The notes: a model not told the origin generated them from the letters alone. A DNA stretch of 20,792 nucleotides from Candidatus Heimdallarchaeota archaeon (GCA_046761065.1 JBHIFL010000070.1:1-20792); one strand, 5' to 3'. Counted from the first letter of the stretch, positions 10,601 to 17,873 are shown. Numbers and translations: made by a program.

Positions 10601-10758
10601 CACAGTTACTTCCTCTTATAGGTCTTGGTGTAAGCACAGCCCTTATTGCATTTGGAGTGATCTTCTATAAGATTTTCTATCAACGGAACGCTCATGCAGC
10701 CCCTAAAGGAGATAAATTTTTACCAAAATACATTAAAAGCAATATAAGACCAAAATAA
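4657..10758 (+). CDS. Alpha-2-macroglobulin family thioester-containing protein, secreted and C-terminally membrane-anchored
   Basis: N-terminal signal peptide; repeated MG-domain openings (TDRRTYTPGD, TDKSVYQPGQ, YYQPGQ, SDRTTYNVGE, TNKETYEPGD); IRKELPESAFWFP...LPDNIGEWTIR A2M segment; thioester YPYGCTEQTMS at 8407-8439; TED motifs DGGWGWW, VETTA and WGTTADTS; receptor-binding-like domain (YLVVEEPL...SMYS); TM helix at 10606-10668 and a basic tail. The start could also be the ATG at 4669 or 4675. Confidence 0.95.
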   Translation: MREKMHMNNSTKLMGLVLLILFSLSIPTSLSLVSGQKEPVDESRSPNAIGLDTYTGGYDNKPAPPLPEQIAPQPQWDFLLNQDVEPVRPWPADSNLVVNIDTDRRTYTPGDFINFVISVTSEFRVVPEAKVNVSLFEGDAWWWYAPVYYEFKLPSMLQSMILTTDENGRATGSFKVAKEGAYSIHAVVTGGNITQEIFSTGYTYAQAYKTIQVSDLATFWRVPYIWALDEEITSYIVVRKTADFSKPVTDASVSITLFTGGRWEGEPQTETLVYTGSTNAAGLVVAKFSVPKRIVTDDYFSNYGYATLTVEKDNKSTHTTQWISLLPSSSSWDMYYGEASWPGKYEFVVTTDKSVYQPGQSIQTRVLVFDNSYYNVSRRAASKLPVIVDFIDPEGFHVSRSQSTTDDNGILTNVFSLDKDAVPGNYLLIYSASGSEVTIKIPVRFYQRPAFRVSIEAGRYYQPGQTIVGNITAEYYFGQPVHGTYEIHLYQPSEGIYLEEESVSIVPVPTVPSNNESETQENEAKYKAIELATVSGELDHDGFGRFSIQIPKSLEPYPGMGLQLNGTVTDVADRKVSTSQIISVSPEIFVWAYADPFNVELGEEVMLHFYVSDGWWWRGSPPAESSVAYSDIEVQIYSRRNGNLGNRVFSASTTTDQFGQGELAIKLPDGVAAEYKAFIAVVKATTKDGRVGEGQTWFQYSVLDFDLSVTPTQSNPGDEVTVTLTLSNKLTSYPERAEVFVSAHDSDYERVGEAQLTLDGIKSLTIHLSPLAPEGMYQLYAWVVNDYDPYRYGLYRDYGWAEATFMVGQISELHITSDRTTYNVGEVASISIETISASSEEILPIYFEISKRGLMFITILDSPSVTLDLPLTYNHAPKLFLNAFAIGASGTFLTAFSEIQIDFDLTVNISTNKETYEPGDQATITITVEDGNGLRIPALTSLVLVDSSVYGVVPDPEWEKDAFMEEDFYSSLTTRISWVSSQGVYPYWGILYYGVPEGVGVLRGEEQVVVETLLATTTPGMALTEVKSQEFPEVQEVEIRKELPESAFWFPKLVIGSSGERSLTVKLPDNIGEWTIRTVTNVQGYGSLDKITITTFKDFFIELKHPLFVYQDDMFEIQGILYNYGRDASAQASLRFEGEGLANLVNAPTQIVPVFTNEITIVSWYVFASEPGQIYAIATAATNDERTDGLQKPLTIKPNAVLFEDRFAGVVNETHLTYYLYTQSIQHSARLTIVPGFTGAALEGWRRLIGYPYGCTEQTMSRLLPSALVYKYLQETGQLDSDTQTLIEDMIIAGITRLYAFHHRDGGWGWWEKDESNVHMTAIVLFGFGILKELGFSIDFQMINSAIDYLFRQQHEGHWSMEGRGWEIGSLELTAYIIRSILIADPSYASERHIKDAFAFLENAWASSRNPYLGALLGQAILRTGMHQTLFERIINYLASSYNVEGGNMIYWGETEWWHWHSLGGPVETTAIVIQLLLEAERTEYFLHVNRAANWLMSRQNRFGWGTTADTSAAILAITTLAKLGGADIDNTVYITENGQLTHEFHFTSASQAQRVRLSPQVGLNTVELEKDGIGIIFYHLEISSYVRTELQLKSPSTLEVTVNTSFPLLIDLQFDETSPVLPVDVVVHLEEWDDSLELVSDPKIHFAQLSSSTGVNFYFAPKETGTFLINRIRVQYNLACREELSNRAPATLSQTHGPITIRVQKQSSTPTQTQQVWFSSFQFNQLKTQRGAQQSTGKSTITIARTYSKSTGIKIGETIFVTILITNELDQLMSYLVVEEPLLPWFALDEYSLHSSEYSWTVTSDQLTFFIPSLESGQDAKIEYGIIAIGNGDVSAAATVVSSMYSALVYYGTPNRLITVDIPLVTFTNGIPRLDTTPPIISDVKISNTQPKVSERVKISAHVVDDQAVQDVLLWYKSEHETAWNKQLMTLTSSVEPLYTIELQFKTEGSILILIQAVDWAQNSNSTDEYRLIVEGGKRGTQLLPLIGLGVSTALIAFGVIFYKIFYQRNAHAAPKGDKFLPKYIKSNIRPK

Positions 10759-10804
10759 ATGAATAAAATCTTGAGAGAGTTTACCAGAAAGTAAATGTTC
10801 ATAA

Positions 10805-11617
10805 TTACAATGTAATTTGAAGCAGATCCTTTGCAATGAAGACCTCACCATTAAACTTAGCGCGCACTATTTTTAGAATTTCTTCTTCTCTGTTAGTGGT
10901 TTCAGGATAGAAATGCGTTAGACAGAGTTTCTTCACCTTGCAGGCTTGTGCTAAGACTGCGACTTTGGTTGGAGTACTATGACCTCTAAGTAGCTCTTGA
11001 GGACTGTCATCCATAAAACTACACTCGTGTACAAGGAGATCCGCCTTTGTAGCAAGCCGTTTTAAGTTCTCACAGGGCGCAGTGTCTCCTGAATATACAA
11101 TGGCCTTGTTTTCAATCACAAATCGGTAAGCAACCGCTTCGATCCTGAAATGATCCACTTTTGTACAAGTTACCTCCCAATTTGGTCCTCCTATAATACG
11201 CCCTTCTTCAACTTCTGCTACTTTAAAGTCAGTTCGCCCCTCCAAGTAGGGAAAGAGGTTTTGGACAATAGCATTACAGAAGGCGTAAGTTCCTTGGGGT
11301 CCAAAAATTTTCAAATCGTGCGGAGATGGATATAGGGCTTTGGCTTGAAAAAGGGCAGGCACATCAGAAGTATGATCTACATGTAAATGGGATAGAAAAA
11401 GATGTGAAATCTGAGTGTAATGATTTCCTGACCGAACAATTTGTCTAAGGACTCCACTGCCACAATCAATTAAAAAGTAGAGCTGAGTTCCTTTATCAGT
11501 TAATAATAGCCCTGGAGCATTTCGATCCTCCTGGGGGATAGCAACTCCCGAACCTAGGATCGTTAAGATTGGGTTACAATATCCCTGTGACCTTGTTTTT
11601 ATGATATTGTTAGACAT
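10805..11617 (-). CDS. MBL-fold metallo-hydrolase, RNase Z/ElaC-like (short form)
   Basis: Motifs TILGSG, LIDCGSG, SHLHVDH (HxHxDH), YSGDT, HECSF, HST and LTHF. The ORF is open to 11755, but the ATG at 11617 fits the fold better. Confidence 0.88.
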   Translation of the reverse strand: MSNNIIKTRSQGYCNPILTILGSGVAIPQEDRNAPGLLLTDKGTQLYFLIDCGSGVLRQIVRSGNHYTQISHLFLSHLHVDHTSDVPALFQAKALYPSPHDLKIFGPQGTYAFCNAIVQNLFPYLEGRTDFKVAEVEEGRIIGGPNWEVTCTKVDHFRIEAVAYRFVIENKAIVYSGDTAPCENLKRLATKADLLVHECSFMDDSPQELLRGHSTPTKVAVLAQACKVKKLCLTHFYPETTNREEEILKIVRAKFNGEVFIAKDLLQITL

Positions 11618-11859
11618 TTTTATTAGGGCTTCCTTCGATTTCTTTTTCAGCCCTCTTCTTGAACATTCGGATGATTTTCCTAGATAATCAGAAAATTGAA
11701 CAGCCAATGATTGAACTTTTCTATTAAAAACTTTTTTAGTTCGAACTGTAAACATACATTTAGGTATCTTTCCTTAGGATTAATGTGGGAATTTATCCTT
11801 TTCAGTTCGATTATCGAATTGAAGCTTCAATAACGCTCACTCTGTTTTCCTTTATCCGG

Positions 11860-12285
11860 ATGTGGACGGTTAAAAGAGTGGAACTGATTGCTGATGCAGT
11901 AGAGGTGTTCATTTCAAAAGACTGCGCATTTTGCGCCCTAATAGATCCTGTTCTTAGGTATGCTGTTCAGCTAGGGTATATCGGACTCGTCCGACGGATT
12001 GAATTCCAAGATAAGCAGCGTTACCTCCGAACCATCGAAGAAATAGCTAAGAAATACCAACAAAAGCGTACATACCCCATCTTATTGGTTTTTCATGAAG
12101 GCAAAGAAGTTATGGTCCCCGCACACGTGATCGACGAGATAATCGACATTATGACTTCCCTAGATGACCAAACCGTCCTACGAATTATTGTTGGGGAATT
12201 AACATGGGAATCTTTAGGAGATACTCTAGTGCAACCTACATCTAAGTTGATCCTTGGCATCTCTGATGCTCTGAAAAATCCCTAA
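11860..12285 (+). CDS. Thioredoxin/glutaredoxin-like CxxC protein
   Basis: VEVFISKDCAFC (strand followed by CxxC) and a downstream TYPILLV cis-Pro-like motif. The start is uncertain (11785 GTG, 11860 ATG or 11878 GTG). Confidence 0.6.
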   Translation: MWTVKRVELIADAVEVFISKDCAFCALIDPVLRYAVQLGYIGLVRRIEFQDKQRYLRTIEEIAKKYQQKRTYPILLVFHEGKEVMVPAHVIDEIIDIMTSLDDQTVLRIIVGELTWESLGDTLVQPTSKLILGISDALKNP

Positions 12286-12461
12286 CTCATTTTAATTTTC
12301 TTATTTAATTCTTGTAGATGCGTTAATGTTCGAAATTTTTTTTTAAGAATGTTCCTGCCAAAATCAAACCGATTAAAACTCTTAAAATCCCCATAGAGGA
12401 TCTCACATCGTACCAAGCTAGGTTCATACAACCCCCTTAGTTGTGATTTATGCTGCTCTAC

Positions 12462-13445
12462 TTAAAGAGCAATTTCAGTTCCGATTTGCCGCTCGCAGGC
12501 TTTTTCATAAACTAATTTGGCAGCAGCAGCATCTTGAATGGCTAAACCTACAGATTTGAATAGAGTAATCTCATCATCGGTCTCTCTCGCTATTTTCTTT
12601 CCACTAGCTATTTCACCAAGTTCCGCATAGATATGATCTTTTGTTATAGCTCCCTCTTGGAGCGGGATAATAAGATCGCCCGCCTCTTCCAAGCAAGCTT
12701 CTTTTGAATCGACCACTATTTTCGCTTTTTTTACAATATATGTATCAAGTTCCCGCGTCGTAGGCTTGAAGCTGCCAATTCCGCAGATGTGCGTTCCTGG
12801 CGCGACCCATTCCCCCTTGAAGACAGGAGTTTGTGATGTAGTTGCAGTTAAAATGATATCAGCTCCTTCTACTGCTTCCTTATTGCTAGATACAGGGTTT
12901 ATTTGAATGTCTAACTTTTCAGACATTTCTTTTACGAAGGAATTTACCGCAGCTTTGTTGATATCAAAAATTTTGCATTGCTCAACCTTGCTCGTGTTTG
13001 TTGCCGCCCACAGTTGCGTTCGGGCTTGGACACCAGCACCGAACAAACCAACCGTCTTGGAATCTTTTCGTGCCAAATGGGTTATAGCCACTCCACTAAC
13101 GGCTCCCGTGCGGACAGCTGTCAGATAAGTGCCATCCATTATTGCAAGGACTTCACCGGTTTCAGGATTCTGAAGTAAAATGGTACTGAGGATTGTGGGC
13201 AAATTATGCGTTGTAGGGTTGTCTGAATAGACTGTGACAATTTTGCACTCGAGGGATTCTTCGTTAGGAAGGAATGCCGGCATATATAATGCAATTCCAT
13301 TGTGTTCGCGGACTTCGATGGTATTCCTTATTGGAGTAATGGCATTTCCTTCAGAAAATTCGATGAATGCGTTTCTGACAACCTCAATACACTCTTTCAT
13401 TGTCAATATGTGCTCAACATCTGTTCGTGATAGGATCCGAACCAT
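12462..13445 (-). CDS. Ornithine cyclodeaminase/mu-crystallin family protein (archaeal alanine dehydrogenase-like)
   Basis: Motifs LTAVRTGAVSG, GLFGAGVQARTQ (Rossmann), ATTS and ITLFKSVGLAIQDAAAA; GAGGAGG RBS upstream. Confidence 0.93.
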   Translation of the reverse strand: MVRILSRTDVEHILTMKECIEVVRNAFIEFSEGNAITPIRNTIEVREHNGIALYMPAFLPNEESLECKIVTVYSDNPTTHNLPTILSTILLQNPETGEVLAIMDGTYLTAVRTGAVSGVAITHLARKDSKTVGLFGAGVQARTQLWAATNTSKVEQCKIFDINKAAVNSFVKEMSEKLDIQINPVSSNKEAVEGADIILTATTSQTPVFKGEWVAPGTHICGIGSFKPTTRELDTYIVKKAKIVVDSKEACLEEAGDLIIPLQEGAITKDHIYAELGEIASGKKIARETDDEITLFKSVGLAIQDAAAAKLVYEKACERQIGTEIAL

Positions 13446-13665
13446 TCGGTTAAAACCTCCTCATCCAACATGATTTGGGTTTAATTTTCTTATTTTTTTC
13501 GTGATCTACCATGTTATTAACCGAATTCATTCCATTTGAAGATGCCCACTAGATGTATATAAAACTAGTTTTCAAGTTTTATCGATTTTGGGTTCTTTCT
13601 TAAGGCTTAATAAGGGATCTACTCTCGAATTTTAGCCATGTTTTTCAGCTAGGAGGATCTGAAAA

Positions 13666-14865
13666 ATCGGTAAAGGGATTTATCCTGTTTCTACGGAGTT
13701 CTATTTCTTAACTGGAACGGCGACGGCCTTATTTCTGGCTAGTCAAATAATTGAGCCCATCTTCCCTCTCTACATCATCCAATTGGGGATCTCTACTTTT
13801 GAGTTGGGACTGATCGTTTCCATTCTCCCCCTCACAACCATTATTGCTAAGATCCCACTTGGAATATTGGCTGAACGGGCGGGAAAATGGCCAGTTATTC
13901 CTCTTGCCTTATCTGGACAAGGCTTATGCTTGCTATTTTATTCGTTGGTTACAAGGTCTTGGTGGTTCTATCCGATCAGGATTTTTCACGCCCTCATCTT
14001 GGCCGCCTTTTTGCCTACCGTTCTTGCCCTAGTTTCAGATCTAGCTCCTAAGGGGAAAGTTGGTGATAGGATGGGCCGATTTTTAACTTCATTCGGGATC
14101 GCTTATATGGTTGGCCCTTTTCTTAGCAGCTTTCTCTTAAAATACGTCGACTATCGACTACTCCTCCGAATAGCTGCAACAATCCCACTGATAAGCGTTA
14201 TTCCCTTCTTTTTGGCTCGCTACAAAGGTTTACTAATATCTTCTGAGGAGCAAGACCGGTGTGAAGCGCAAAAAGTCAGTTCTCTGAGTTCTATCCGTTC
14301 TTTTGCGTTTTCAAGAAACATACTAGTGCTATGTTACCTTCGTATAATTTTTTCCTTTACAAATGCATTTTTACTGACCCTTTTTGCAGTATATGCCTCA
14401 GAAAGCCTTCTCCTAACTTCATCTCTGATTGCCATTCTCTTTGGTATCCGAGGGGCAACAAACACAATGTTTCGTTTCCCTGTGGGTGTTCTAACGGATA
14501 GAATTGGATATAAGCTGCCCCTCGGTCTCGCATTTTTACTATTAACATTCATTAATTTTACATTCTCAGAATCCCGAAATGTTTACATCTTATCCTTAGC
14601 GATGGCCATTTATGGCTTGGGCCATGCTATGAGAGCCGTGTCAGAATGGTCCCTCCTTGGGATTAGCACACCAAGCGAAGTCAGCAGCGTAGCTACAGCT
14701 TACTTGTCAACTATGTTCAATATCGGAGAAGCATTTGGAGCGGTAACGGCCGGAGCTCTTTCCTTGATCCTCCCCATCCCATATATCTTTAAAATTGCCT
14801 CTCTAATACTTTTTTCAGGAATCTTCATTGCGTTTTTAATAAAACAAGATGTCAGAAAACATTAG
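13666..14865 (+). CDS. Major facilitator superfamily transporter
   Basis: MFS motif A appears twice (GILAERAGK, GVLTDRIGYK). The frame is open from 13663 and encodes an extra TM helix before the TTG at 13783. The start is placed tentatively at ATC 13666, 9 nt after AGGAGG. Confidence 0.88.
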   Translation: MGKGIYPVSTEFYFLTGTATALFLASQIIEPIFPLYIIQLGISTFELGLIVSILPLTTIIAKIPLGILAERAGKWPVIPLALSGQGLCLLFYSLVTRSWWFYPIRIFHALILAAFLPTVLALVSDLAPKGKVGDRMGRFLTSFGIAYMVGPFLSSFLLKYVDYRLLLRIAATIPLISVIPFFLARYKGLLISSEEQDRCEAQKVSSLSSIRSFAFSRNILVLCYLRIIFSFTNAFLLTLFAVYASESLLLTSSLIAILFGIRGATNTMFRFPVGVLTDRIGYKLPLGLAFLLLTFINFTFSESRNVYILSLAMAIYGLGHAMRAVSEWSLLGISTPSEVSSVATAYLSTMFNIGEAFGAVTAGALSLILPIPYIFKIASLILFSGIFIAFLIKQDVRKH

Positions 14866-14942
14866 AAGAAATATAATGACATTATTTCGCCAGACACATT
14901 TGCTTAAATGCCTACGTGACTTTGGTTAACATCCTTTTTTAC

Positions 14943-15974
14943 CTAACTTATTGCTTTCTCGCCAAAGAGGTTAACGAGGAAATCTAAATCCCTCTCTGTT
15001 CGTGCAAAAACTCCTACGTTGCCAAGGCGAATATTCTTAAGACCAGCTTCTTTCATCACGAGAAAACTTTGCACGATTTCTTGTAATGTAGGTGATCGCA
15101 CCTTTTTGAGTTTGTACTCAGGGAAAAACGCCAAAAGGGTTGTTGGGATAGAAGGATCCGTTTCCGCGATCAGTTCAGCGATTTTCTGATGTTGATCCGT
15201 CTCAACCCATGTTGGGATAAACAACATCAAAACTTCTAAAACGAACCCTGCATCGACCGCGCGTTGAATGCTGGTAAGAATATGGCTATTGGTAGTCCCA
15301 CATAACTTGTGGTACACCCTCTCGTCATAGGCTTTGATATCCAGCCAAAAGGAATCGACTCCCCCAGCTTTTAAAACCTCTAAATTCTCATCTGTAAGTC
15401 CGTACCCATTGGTTTCGATTAGGACCCAAACATTACACGCATCCTTTATCTTCTCAGCTGCCTCCGCATAATAATCCGCCTGACAGACGATATCTCCTCC
15501 GCTAAAGGCAACAATATTTCTCGCAGGGCCCCATCCTTGCGGACTAAGAACCACTTGCCCAATTTCGAGCTTATGAGGGCACCAAGGGTGTCTCTGCCCT
15601 TGAATACAACGCCCGCAATGGTGGCAGAGATCGCCCGCATGGTACATCGTGCTACGCTCTCGAGGTTCCTGCACAGTCACATCGTCGGCATATCCCGCAA
15701 TAATTTTTACCAGTTGTGACGTTGAAACCCAGTCTCCTACGGCTACTTGTGAAAAGGTGTGTGAATGGCATTTCAGGCAGGTATGATTGCAGCCCGACTG
15801 ATAAATAGAAAAATAGTCTTCCGGCCGACTTAAGTGCATAGAAGCGATCAACCGCGAGTACTCCCGTCTATCTTTTTTAAGGGTTGCTTGACACGCGAGT
15901 TGAAATCCGTGTGAAGTAGAAACAAGGCAAGATCCTCTAGTAAACCCTTGTTGTCGCATTACACATTGTTGCAA
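14943..15974 (-). CDS. Radical SAM protein, PFL-activating-enzyme-like family
   Basis: CNHTCLKC (CxxxCxxC), AFSGGD, IETNGY and WLDIKAYD motifs, plus an extra Cys cluster CHHCGRC...WCP. Confidence 0.92.
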   Translation of the reverse strand: MQQCVMRQQGFTRGSCLVSTSHGFQLACQATLKKDRREYSRLIASMHLSRPEDYFSIYQSGCNHTCLKCHSHTFSQVAVGDWVSTSQLVKIIAGYADDVTVQEPRERSTMYHAGDLCHHCGRCIQGQRHPWCPHKLEIGQVVLSPQGWGPARNIVAFSGGDIVCQADYYAEAAEKIKDACNVWVLIETNGYGLTDENLEVLKAGGVDSFWLDIKAYDERVYHKLCGTTNSHILTSIQRAVDAGFVLEVLMLFIPTWVETDQHQKIAELIAETDPSIPTTLLAFFPEYKLKKVRSPTLQEIVQSFLVMKEAGLKNIRLGNVGVFARTERDLDFLVNLFGEKAIS

Positions 15975-15991
15975 CTAAAATGCCCCAATTG

Positions 15992-16576
15992 CTAATCAAT
16001 CGATCTCACGGAAGTTTTACGGTAAAAATGCCAAGCAAGGAAATACGTTATTATTACAACAATAGCTCCACTGATATACCAGAATGAGCTAAAAAATGCA
16101 GAAAAGTTATACATAGCATGAAGCACCACCGCTATTAAATAGAACTGGATTGTGCGCCTAGTTGCAATCCCATAGGTGGTGGTTGATGTACTTGCAGCAT
16201 GAAAGAACAGGCCAGGTAATCTGATGGGTAGTGACGCTCTGATAACTAGAATATATAACACAAATTCCGAGAGGCCAAACCCCAAACCAACTAGAAAACC
16301 TAGGGTAAATAAGGATCTCTCCGTCTCGCCATGTCGATAGAACATAGGATATGCTTTTGCATATTCTTCAATGAGCGGTGTGAAAAGTGCGACGGAGCAT
16401 AATGCGGCTAAGAATCTTGGCAAAATGGCACATAGAGGTTCTGTGAGAGTTCCAATAAAAAGCGTAAAGGGAACGCTTATTATTATTCCAGAGATTAAAA
16501 AGAATAGTTTCTCTTTTTCGTCAGGTTTATGGGTAGTTATTATTATTTTATCCTGTACATATTGTTCAATACCCAA
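15992..16576 (-). CDS. prsW: PrsW-family intramembrane glutamic/metalloprotease
   Basis: PLIEEYAK (EExxK), GFGLSE, FHAAST and LHAMYN motifs in a multi-TM protein; TTG start with an AGGTGA RBS. Confidence 0.85.
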   Translation of the reverse strand: MGIEQYVQDKIIITTHKPDEKEKLFFLISGIIISVPFTLFIGTLTEPLCAILPRFLAALCSVALFTPLIEEYAKAYPMFYRHGETERSLFTLGFLVGLGFGLSEFVLYILVIRASLPIRLPGLFFHAASTSTTTYGIATRRTIQFYLIAVVLHAMYNFSAFFSSFWYISGAIVVIITYFLAWHFYRKTSVRSID

Positions 16577-16736
16577 TAATTATCACCTAAAGTTTCTGAT
16601 CAAGTTCAACAAGCTTTATATCTTCTTTTTATGTATGACCACTTCTTCCAGCATCTCTTAACTTCAAAAATATATACATTTTGACCTTTTTTTATTTGCA
16701 AAGAAGAACACATATTTACATCTGCTTAGACCCAAT

Positions 16737-17267
16737 TCAGCCATAGAATTTTTGTTTGACTTGTACGTCCGAGAGTAATACCAACCACAAGGTCACTAGT
16801 AGAATAATAACAGGCTATCTCCGGTGTAAAAATGTCTCAACGGTTTGGAGGCTGATTATGGATTTTATGTTTAGGTAGTCACTGAAATCTATCGAGTAAC
16901 TACCCTGTTGTACTTTCTCTACCTCGCTCGTTTCAAGATTAACTTCTACAACTTGGTCATCATATCCATGGGTTTGGTCGTGGTCCCTTTCCACATCATA
17001 TATCACTCCATCAGGTATACTGATGCCCTTTGACTGCGTAAACGGCTGTGTTCCATGAGAGTGCGGCAAGTCGCGCCTTCCCGATATTTCACCACCATAT
17101 GTCTCAACCTGCCACCAGTCAGCATATCACTCCGCACCATCGTCATCGTGGTAAAGGGTCACGTGGAATTCGAAAGTATTCCCATACAGTTTTTCAAAGT
17201 CTGTATCAACGACGTTGGCTTCGCGCAGGTCGAGATTTTCCTCTTGGATTGCCATGAATATGCTCAT
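16737..17267 (-). pseudogene. Interrupted gene for a small extracytoplasmic beta-rich protein with a C-terminal hydrophobic anchor
   Basis: One minus frame from ATG 17267/17255 reads ...LDLREANVVDTDFEK...FHVTLYHDDDGAE*YADWWQVE...RRDLPHSHGTQPFT...HDQTHGY...FLHRR*PVIILLVTLWLVLLS...FYG*. In-frame stops are TGA at 17127-17129 and TAG at 16815-16817. An orphan AGGAGGAG RBS at about 17340-17348 has no intact start behind it. Confidence 0.7.
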
Positions 17268-17418
17268 GTTAATGCTTATGTCTAAAGAACAACTCCCGTT
17301 AGACAATAGAGGCCATTTAAAACAATTGACTTTTTATATCTCCTCCTTAAATTCCCCCAGTTAACTTTTAATTTAAGAAATTTTCATTAAAAGATTGTGT
17401 TCTTCTGGACGATGAGTC

Positions 17419-17836
17419 CTACCATAACTGCTCTTCTATTCGTCCTTGAAATTCCTGAAATTGCGATTTAAAAGCCCTCCCGTCACCATTACTGTTCAAA
17501 ACTCTAAGCTTTGTTAGAATATTTTTAAGGGTTTCAGATTTATTATCTGATGAGATCCAAACCATTCCGCTGAGCTTGCTAATTAAAATCAATTTTGATA
17601 GCTTAAGTAACTTCCTACACATTTCACATCTGGAAGACAATAATGCTCTTCAAATAAATCTTAAGCAAACCACTGTCGAAAAGAGTTAATGTGCTAGCAT
17701 CTGTTATAACTGTAAACCGATTTCCACAAGGTCATTCCCACGTACCGGGTTCCAATATCAAAAAGAACCTATCCCGGGAGACCTGTTTTTAGAGCTCAAA
17801 CTCGCATCGACTTGAAGTTCTATCAAGCACTTTCAT
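17419..17836 (-). pseudogene. Possible decayed Cys-containing gene remnant
   Basis: From ATG 17836 the frame reads MKVLDRTSSRCEFEL*...LEPGTWE*PCGNRFTV..., and a shifted 73-codon frame (17419..17640) carries CEMC. No family is recognised. Confidence 0.25.
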
Positions 17837-17873
17837 TGATTACCAATCATTGTTTTATCGAACTTTACGTGCT

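Noticed and set aside
11618-11755. N-terminal extension of the MBL hydrolase ORF
   Set aside because: It lies before the first fold strand and overlaps the probable divergent promoter region, so ATG 11617 is preferred.
16785-17734. 11-bp direct repeat CCACAAGGTCA at 16785-16795 and 17724-17734, considered as a target-site duplication
   Set aside because: Matches of this length are expected by chance in 20 kb, and there is no transposase or terminal inverted repeat.
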